NCBI GenBank assembly: GCA_016711215.1
Contig: JADJTL010000003.1
Coordinates: forward strand, 256,709-320,708
From: Pseudomonadota bacterium
GTDB lineage: Bacteria > Myxococcota_A > Polyangia > GCA-2747355
Direction of reading: 5' to 3'
Length of the DNA: 64,000 nucleotides
Of this stretch, positions 57,745-64,000 are shown piece by piece. The translations under genes were made by a program, and so were the position numbers. How positions within the stretch are numbered: the stretch's first letter is position 1; each line of letters starts with the position of its first letter. A model generated the notes under the pieces. The model worked only from the letters and a program-made list of their open reading frames with translations. It ran no database searches and was not told the DNA's origin.

Positions 57745-59635
57745 CGCCACCCGGCGCCCGCGGCAGTGTGATGTTGAAGCAGGCGCCAGCACCCGGCGCT
57801 GAATCGACCGTCAGTGTGCCACCGAAGCCGCTGACGAGGCTATAGCTGATGGACAAGCCCAAGCCCGTGCCCTTGCCCGGCTCCTTGGTGGTGAAGAAGG
57901 GCTGGAACACGCGCTCGCTGACGGCGGCCGCCATCCCGGGGCCGTTGTCGCGCACCTGGAGGCAGACCGCCGCGCGGCCGTCCTCGCCCTGGCACTCATG
58001 CGCGGCGACGCGCACGCGGCCGCCGCCCGGCCGCGGCGACACGCTGTTGCCACAGGCGTCGACGGCGTTGATCAGCAGGTTCAGCAGCACCTGTTCGAGC
58101 TGGCTCGCATCGGCGAGCACGGGCGGCAGCGCGGGCGGCAGGGTCACCTCCAGCGCGATACCGGCGCCCTCGAAGAGCGCGCGGAGCATCTCGCTGACGT
58201 GCTGCACGGGCAACGCGAGCGACACCTGCTGGAGGCTGCGCTCGCGGCGGCGGCCGAAGCTGCGCAGTTGGTCGATGATGCGCCCGGCGCGCTCGACCTG
58301 ACCGACGACATGCTCCAGGCGTTCGCGCCAGAACGCGCGCTGATCGTCGGGCAGCGTGTCGAGGCGGCGCCGCATCCGCGCCGCCAGCAGGCCGATGTTG
58401 TTCAGCGGCTGGTTGAGCTCGTGGGCCACCCCCGTCGCCATCTCGCCCAGGCTGGCCATCTTCGCGCTTTGAATCAGCTGCAGCTCGTTGAGCTGCAGCT
58501 CGGCCGCCAGGCGCTTGGCCTCCGTCACGTCGACGAAGGTCCAGAGCTCCCCCGCGGCCACCGCCCCATCGAGAATGGCGCTGCGGCTGATCACCGCCAC
58601 GTGCTGGCGGCCGTGCTTGTCGACGAGGAGCTCCTCGTTGCCGCTGGTTTCGATCAGCGGGCCGAGCTGGACCTCCTGCTGCGGCGGCCGCCCGAGCTGC
58701 GCGCGCAGCTCGCCGAGGGTCATGCAGCCCACCAGCTCCTCGGCGGCCCAGCCGAGCAGGCGCTCGGCGGCGCGATTGCAAATGCGGATCACCCCCTCGG
58801 CATCCGTGGCGACGATCGCCAGCGCATCCGAAGCCTCGATCAGGTTGTTGCGGAAGGCGAGCAAGCGCTCCGCAGCGAGCCGCGCCCGCACCGCCTGATC
58901 CTCGGCCCGCCGGCGACGCTCGACGTCACGCGCGAGGGCGCCCGTCAGTTGGCCGACCAAGCGGCGTAGCGGCCGATGAAGCAGGCCGTCGGCGCCCCAG
59001 AGCATCAGCCAGAAGGTGATCGCCAGCCCGAGGCCGAGCACGCCAGCGCTGACCGTCATGTACTCGAGCACGCCCTCGTCCTCGGGGCGATGCCCAACGA
59101 TGACCAGCACCCACCGGTCGGCGGCGAGCGGCGCGATCAGCCACACGCCGCTCAGCGCGCCCAGCTCGCGCGCGATCGCCGTCCGCGTGCCACGGCGGGG
59201 CGCGGCGCCCCAGAGGCGCGTCAGCGCAGCGGCGATGCCAGGATCGGTCGCATAGACCACACGCCCGTCGGCGTTGAGCAGCGCCATCGCCTCGCCGCTC
59301 AGCCGGGCTGCCTCGGCGACGGTGGCAGCGGGCGCGCGGTCCGGCGTGGCAGCTTGCATTCGCTGACAGATCGCCACCAGCAGCTCGCCGCGCTGCGCCA
59401 GGAACCTGCGGGTCGCGATCACCGAGTCGGCGACGTCAAAGGCCATCAGGCCGAGGCCGAGCAGCGCATTGAGGCCGAGCGCCAGCGCCGCGAAGCGGCG
59501 AAAGATGCGGCGCGTGCCATGCTGCGTCGAGCGCTCGACCCGCCCCCGTGGGGCCGAGGCGCCAGCGGACGGCGACTCGGCCGCAGCAGGCTTCTCGGGA
59601 CGCGATGCGTCAGCGGGGAGTTGAGGTTGCGTCAT
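57707..59635 (-). CDS. Membrane sensor histidine kinase with periplasmic sensor region, PAS-like domain, HisKA and HATPase_c
   Basis: Two TM segments. H-box VAHELNQPLNNIGLL. N/G1/G2 boxes (LLNLLINAVDA; DNGPGM; GTGLGLSISY). Located upstream of the frameshifted response regulator on the same strand. Confidence 0.8.
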   Translation of the reverse strand: MTQPQLPADASRPEKPAAAESPSAGASAPRGRVERSTQHGTRRIFRRFAALALGLNALLGLGLMAFDVADSVIATRRFLAQRGELLVAICQRMQAATPDRAPAATVAEAARLSGEAMALLNADGRVVYATDPGIAAALTRLWGAAPRRGTRTAIARELGALSGVWLIAPLAADRWVLVIVGHRPEDEGVLEYMTVSAGVLGLGLAITFWLMLWGADGLLHRPLRRLVGQLTGALARDVERRRRAEDQAVRARLAAERLLAFRNNLIEASDALAIVATDAEGVIRICNRAAERLLGWAAEELVGCMTLGELRAQLGRPPQQEVQLGPLIETSGNEELLVDKHGRQHVAVISRSAILDGAVAAGELWTFVDVTEAKRLAAELQLNELQLIQSAKMASLGEMATGVAHELNQPLNNIGLLAARMRRRLDTLPDDQRAFWRERLEHVVGQVERAGRIIDQLRSFGRRRERSLQQVSLALPVQHVSEMLRALFEGAGIALEVTLPPALPPVLADASQLEQVLLNLLINAVDACGNSVSPRPGGGRVRVAAHECQGEDGRAAVCLQVRDNGPGMAAAVSERVFQPFFTTKEPGKGTGLGLSISYSLVSGFGGTLTVDSAPGAGACFNITLPRAPGGDDDGPSEDPPGR

Positions 59636-59791
59636 CGCGGAGGCATCGAGCGGCCATCCTAGCAGCGCGAGAATACGGCCATGCTCGGCAGCATGCCTGA
59701 CGGGAATGCGCTATACCAGCGCACCGGGCTGGCATCACGCTTGCCACCGCGGTAGGTTCCGCGGCCTGGCCCCTCGTCGCCGGGAGGACCT

Positions 59792-61168
59792 ATGCACCAG
59801 GCCATGTTAGCGCTCAGCGTCGCCGCCCTCTGCGCGACCAACCCGACGATCGCGCTCGCGGCGTCCAAGCCCGCGCCGCCGCCGGCGCAGGAGGGCGCCG
59901 CAGGGCTCGTCATCCAGGAGCTGAAGCTGCCCAATGGGCTGCGCTTGGTCTATGCGCGGGTGCCGCGCCTGCCCGCCGTCACCGTGCAGGTCTGGTACCA
60001 CGTCGGCTCGAGGAATGAGCAGCCCGGGCTGCGCGGCGTGGCCCACATGTTCGAGCACATGATGTTCAAGGGATCGACGCGCGTGCCGCCCGAGCGGCAC
60101 GCCCAGCTCCTCGCCGGCATCGGCGGCGAGGTCAACGCCTTTACGGCCGAGGATGTGACCGCCTACCACAACACGCTGCCGCGCCAGTACTTCGACTTCG
60201 CCGTCGCACTCGAGGCCGAGCGCATGCGCCACCTGGTCCTGACCGAGCGCACGATCGCCAGCGAGCGCGAGGTCGTGAAGGAAGAGAAGCGGCTCCGCCT
60301 CGAGAACAGCCCGATCGGCCGCGCCCTCGAGGCCTTGCGGGCGCTGGCCTACCGCCAACACCCCTACGCCTGGTCACCGGCCGGAGACCTCCCCGACCTC
60401 GACCGCGTCACCGTGCCGCTCTGCCAGCGCTTCTACGACACCTATTACCGGCCCAACAATGCCACCCTGGTGGTCGTCGGCGACGTCAGCGAGGAAGCGG
60501 CGCGCCGCGCTGCCCTGACCCACTTCGGGCCGATCGCCGCCGGGCCGCCCGCGCCCGCCGTCACCGCCGTCGAGCCACCGCAGCAAAAGCTGCGCGAGCG
60601 CCGTGCCGACTGGCCCTCGCAACTCAACGTCGTGCTCGGCGCCTACCACATTCCCAACGCGCGCCACGCGGACCTGCCCGCACTGACGGTGCTGGCGACG
60701 ATCCTCGGCAGCGGACGCAGCTCACGCCTGCATCAGGCGCTGGTGCGGCGCGGCCAGCTGGCGCTCGGTGTCGGCGCCTTCGCCGAGGAGAATGAGGACC
60801 CGGGCCTCTTCATCATCTACGGCTACGGCCTACCGAGCCAGGACCTGGCTCGGATGCGACGCCTGCTGCTCGAGCAGGTCGAATTCCTCGGAAAGGACAG
60901 CGTAACCGAAGCGGAGCTGCGGAAGGCCCGCAATCAGCTCGCCACGGCGCACCTGCGAAGCCGGCAGACCGTCGATGGTCTCGCCTATCAAATCGGCATC
61001 TCGACCTATCTTCAGGGCGACCCACGCGCGTTTCTCGGCGACGTCGCGCGCATCGACCGCGTGACCTCCGCAGACGTCCAGCGCGTCGCCCGCGCCTACT
61101 TGCGCAGCCACAACCTCAGCCTGGTCGCGCTGCCGGCGCAGGCCCCTGGCGCGGAGGGGGCGAAATGA
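59792..61168 (+). CDS. M16-family zinc metallopeptidase (pitrilysin-like), catalytic subunit
   Basis: Inverted zincin motif HMFEHMMFKGS (HxxEH) plus downstream Glu region. Signal peptide present. 458 aa. Confidence 0.85.
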   Translation: MHQAMLALSVAALCATNPTIALAASKPAPPPAQEGAAGLVIQELKLPNGLRLVYARVPRLPAVTVQVWYHVGSRNEQPGLRGVAHMFEHMMFKGSTRVPPERHAQLLAGIGGEVNAFTAEDVTAYHNTLPRQYFDFAVALEAERMRHLVLTERTIASEREVVKEEKRLRLENSPIGRALEALRALAYRQHPYAWSPAGDLPDLDRVTVPLCQRFYDTYYRPNNATLVVVGDVSEEAARRAALTHFGPIAAGPPAPAVTAVEPPQQKLRERRADWPSQLNVVLGAYHIPNARHADLPALTVLATILGSGRSSRLHQALVRRGQLALGVGAFAEENEDPGLFIIYGYGLPSQDLARMRRLLLEQVEFLGKDSVTEAELRKARNQLATAHLRSRQTVDGLAYQIGISTYLQGDPRAFLGDVARIDRVTSADVQRVARAYLRSHNLSLVALPAQAPGAEGAK

Positions 61169-62841
61169 AGCAGGCCAAACGACCCGTCGAGCTCACCTCT
61201 CCTTGCCGCGCCCTAGTGTGCGGAGCGCTCGCGTGCGGGTCGGCGCGACCGCGGCTCGGCGGCGAACGCAGCCGGCCGGCTGCCGACCCGCGAGGACCAG
61301 CAGCCCTCGCGATCGTTACCCTCGCGCTGACGCTTGGCGCGTGCGCCACGGCACCACGCGGCGGGCGCCCTCCCACGGCCAATGCGCCGAAGAGCGCGGC
61401 ACAGTCCAAGGCTGCGGCGCCGCCTGATCCGTGGCGCGATCGCCAGGACCTGATGCAGCCCCCGGCCCCACGGGCCGGCGTGCGCTTGCCGCTCGAGGGC
61501 TTGAGCCGCGTGGCCCTGCCGAACGGCGCGACCCTGCTGCTGCTGCGCGACAACACCCTGCCGCTGATCTCCGTGCAGCTCCACCTGCCTTGCGGGGCCA
61601 TCGACGACCCAGCTGCGCAGGGAGGGCTGGCCGCCTTCACGCTGGAGATGCTGCCCCAGGGCACGCGCCGGCGCGGCGCCGACGCGATCGCCGAGGCAGT
61701 CGAGGCCGCCGGAGCCGCCCTCGACACGCGCGCCGGCTACGAGGCCTCACAGCTCGTCTGCAGCGGGCGACGCGAACAACTGCCCCTCTGTCTCGGCCTC
61801 GTGGCCGAGTTGGTCCGCGCGCCGGCCTTTGCCCCGGCGGAGATCGAGGAGGTGCGTCGGCGCCTCCTCGGCGAGGTCAAGGATGCGCGAGACTCGCCCG
61901 CGACGCTCGCGGCGCTCCACTTCGCCAACCAGCTCTACGGCGACGCCCACCCGGCGGGCCGAGCGATCTCGGCCGAGTCGCTGGCGCGCATCGGCCGCGC
62001 CGAGCTGATCGCCTTCCACCAGCGCCATATCGTGCCACAGGGCACGGTGCTCGCCGTCACGGGCGATGTCGACCCGGCCGCCGTGACACGCCAGGTGCGT
62101 CAGCTCTTCGGCGGTTGGCGCGGTCACGCGCCACGACGAGCGCCGCCGCCGGCCCTGCCGCCTCTGGCTCAGGGGCTACGCGTGCTGCTCGTCGACAAGC
62201 CCGACCTGAGCCAGAGCTTCTTTGCGTTGGGCCATGCGGGCCCACGCCGCAGCGACCCGGCGCACGACGCCCTCCGCCTCGCCAACTACGTGCTCGGAGC
62301 CGGCGGTTTCTCCTCGCGCTTGATGCAGCAGGTGCGCTCCGCTGGGGGAAAGACCTACGGCATCTCCAGCGTCTTCGACGACCACCGGGATGATGGCGCC
62401 TTCCGCATTGCGAGCTTCACGCGCCATGAAGAGCTGGTCGCGACGCTGCGCCTGGTGCTCCACGAGTTGCGGGAGCTGCGCCGGCGACCGCCCAGCAGCG
62501 CGGAGTTGCGCGGGGCCAAAGGTCAGCTCGCCGGCGGCTATGTGCTGGAGTACCAGACCGCCGCCCACCTTGCGTCGGCGCTGGCGCGCGCACAGCTCCA
62601 CGGCCTACCTGACAGCTACGTCAGCGAGCTACCACTGCGACTCGACGCGCTGACCACCGACGCCGTGGCGGCGGCCGTCGACAGCCACCTGCGCTCGGAC
62701 GCGCTGGTCGGCGCGGTGGTCGGCCGCGCCGCGACCGTGGGCCCGCTGCTACAACGCGCCGGCATCGCCTTCACGACGATTTCGTATCTGGCGCCGATCA
62801 GCGCGGCCGAGCGCAGCGCAGCCGCCAGGCCCCTCCCCTGA
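61165..62841 (+). CDS. M16-family peptidase paralog lacking the HxxEH motif (non-catalytic partner subunit)
   Basis: M16 fold similarity (LPNGATLLLLRDNTLPLISVQLHLPCGAIDDP...) without the zinc-binding HxxEH motif. Start overlaps the upstream stop (ATGA). Confidence 0.75.
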   Translation: MKQAKRPVELTSPCRALVCGALACGSARPRLGGERSRPAADPRGPAALAIVTLALTLGACATAPRGGRPPTANAPKSAAQSKAAAPPDPWRDRQDLMQPPAPRAGVRLPLEGLSRVALPNGATLLLLRDNTLPLISVQLHLPCGAIDDPAAQGGLAAFTLEMLPQGTRRRGADAIAEAVEAAGAALDTRAGYEASQLVCSGRREQLPLCLGLVAELVRAPAFAPAEIEEVRRRLLGEVKDARDSPATLAALHFANQLYGDAHPAGRAISAESLARIGRAELIAFHQRHIVPQGTVLAVTGDVDPAAVTRQVRQLFGGWRGHAPRRAPPPALPPLAQGLRVLLVDKPDLSQSFFALGHAGPRRSDPAHDALRLANYVLGAGGFSSRLMQQVRSAGGKTYGISSVFDDHRDDGAFRIASFTRHEELVATLRLVLHELRELRRRPPSSAELRGAKGQLAGGYVLEYQTAAHLASALARAQLHGLPDSYVSELPLRLDALTTDAVAAAVDSHLRSDALVGAVVGRAATVGPLLQRAGIAFTTISYLAPISAAERSAAARPLP

Positions 62842-62999
62842 GGGCCTGCGCCCAGGAGGCGCCGGCCGCAGCGGGGGGAGCTGCCCTTGCGCTCGCAGCC
62901 GCTGGGAAATAATCTGCGCCCCGCTCGGCGGCAGGGCGCCGCACGCGACGCGAGCCGACGGCATCGAGATCGAGCTGACGTGGAGCTGAGGTGGAGCTG

Positions 63000-63425
63000 A
63001 TGAGCGCGATCAAAGATCCTGAGCAGGCCGCCCGTTCGCTCGACAGCGAGCACTGCCGCATGAAGGCGCTGCTGGTGCTTCTCGAAGGGGCGACGACGAC
63101 CGAGGGGCTGGCAGCTCCGCTGCACGAGCTGCTGGCCTTGCTGCGCGGGCATTTCTCTCGCGAGGAGGGCGAGGAGGGGCTGCATGGCATCGTCCAGACG
63201 CGCGCGCCGCGCCTGCTGCAGGCCGTCGCGCCGCTGCTGCGCGAGCACGTGCCCTTGGCCGATCAGGCCCAGCGCCTGGTGGCCTTTCGCGCGCAGGCGA
63301 ACGAGCTGAATGCGGCGCTGCGCCATGACGTTGCGCGGCTGATCGAACAGCTACGCCAGCACGAGATCCGAGAGACCGCACTGCTGCAAGATACGCTGCT
63401 GATCGAGCTCGGCAGCTGTGATTGA
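63000..63425 (+). CDS. Hypothetical small helical protein, possibly hemerythrin-like
   Basis: HFSREEGEEGLHG and helical repeats only. The assignment is weak. Confidence 0.3.
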   Translation: MSAIKDPEQAARSLDSEHCRMKALLVLLEGATTTEGLAAPLHELLALLRGHFSREEGEEGLHGIVQTRAPRLLQAVAPLLREHVPLADQAQRLVAFRAQANELNAALRHDVARLIEQLRQHEIRETALLQDTLLIELGSCD

Positions 63426-63447
63426 CCGCCCGACCAGGGCGGCGTGA

Positions 63448-64000
63448 ATGCCCCCTTTGACCGCGCGCGGCTGCCCGTCCCGACTCGAGCACCGGAGAGC
63501 TCGGGCCCCCGCGCGCAGGCCAGCGTCGCTCTGGCTGCTGCCGCTCGCCATCCTAGCCTGTCGCAGCCGGTCGCCCGCCGTCGCAACGCCAGCCCCAAAG
63601 GCACGCGCGCAGGCCAGCGCGGCGCGGCCCGCGGACGATCCGCGCGGCCACCTGCCGCTGATCGACTCGCACGTCCATCTCACCCCGCTGCCCGAGTCGA
63701 TGGCCCTCGCCTTTCGCATCTTCGACGCCGTCGGCGTCGTGAAGTTCGCGGTCAAGAGCGCGGGCAGCTGGGGAAGCCCACGCTACCGCGCCACGCGGGC
63801 GTTCGCCGAGCGACTCGGCGCGCGGATGGCCTTCTTCATCAATCTCGACTGGAGCGGCGTCGACGAGCCCGGCTGGGGTGCGCGCGAGGCCGAGCACCTG
63901 GCCCGCGCCATGCGCGAGGGCGCCAGCGGCTTGAAGATCTTCAAGGACCTCGGCCTCGGGGTGCGCCTGCGCAACGGCCGCCTGCTCGCCGCCGACGATG
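63448..64000 (+). CDS. Amidohydrolase-fold (metal-dependent TIM-barrel hydrolase) lipoprotein, 5' partial (continues past the window end)
   Basis: ATG 63448 follows an in-frame stop. Signal peptide with lipobox-like LWLLPLAILAC. Then IDSHVHLTP (metal-binding HxH of amidohydrolases) and GLKIFKDLG. No stop before the window end. Confidence 0.5.
   Translation, partial: MPPLTARGCPSRLEHRRARAPARRPASLWLLPLAILACRSRSPAVATPAPKARAQASAARPADDPRGHLPLIDSHVHLTPLPESMALAFRIFDAVGVVKFAVKSAGSWGSPRYRATRAFAERLGARMAFFINLDWSGVDEPGWGAREAEHLARAMREGASGLKIFKDLGLGVRLRNGRLLAADD

Overview
This is a 64 kb, roughly 70% GC, densely coding bacterial chromosome segment. Gene content points to a myxobacterium or related Deltaproteobacteria/Myxococcota: many Ser/Thr kinases, FHA and NtrC-type sigma-54 activators, PEGA domains, myxo-type Cys-rich repeats and RCC1 repeats. 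I found no rRNA, tRNA, CRISPR array or obvious mobile element. Many six-frame ORFs are high-GC antisense artefacts and were discarded.

Layout from start to end:
- 1..11357: a dihydroorotate-dehydrogenase-like C-terminal fragment, an FHA sigma-54 activator, trpS, a PEGA protein carrying a (GS)n microsatellite, a LuxR-type response regulator, a HAMP histidine kinase with a PilZ-REC protein, an esterase, rimO and a GT-C-like membrane protein.
- 11389..18219: a five-gene minus-strand operon of Cys-rich periplasmic binding protein, small membrane protein, TPR protein, degenerate kinase with PEGA domain, and TPR protein with two cNMP-binding domains.
- 19235..23296: a complete polyamine module, speA-aguB-aguA.
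- 23360..40083: the most notable region. Two divergent paralogs of plant-type alpha-glucan water dikinase (GWD) sit on the minus strand. Each is preceded by a xylose-isomerase-like TIM-barrel gene. Nearby are a Ser/Thr kinase, a TreZ-like GH13 enzyme, an NtrC-type regulator, two CheY-like receivers and glgB. This looks like an undescribed bacterial alpha-glucan phosphorylation locus.
- 40170..45520: a kinase, a PP2C phosphatase and an ACC-deaminase-family PLP enzyme.
- 45562..52858: an FmdB zinc ribbon, rhomboid, discoidin lipoprotein, NifU-like protein, ppiB, prs, a clear MutH homolog (unexpected in this kind of genome) and a hemerythrin/DUF438 protein.
- 53086..56810: a >1200 aa secreted RCC1-repeat protein with a (NAM)n repeat and a 1-nt frameshift.
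- 56825..64000: a frameshifted response regulator, a PAS histidine kinase, an M16 peptidase pair and a partial amidohydrolase.

At least ten short tandem-repeat arrays (9 to 24 bp units) sit at gene starts or promoters.
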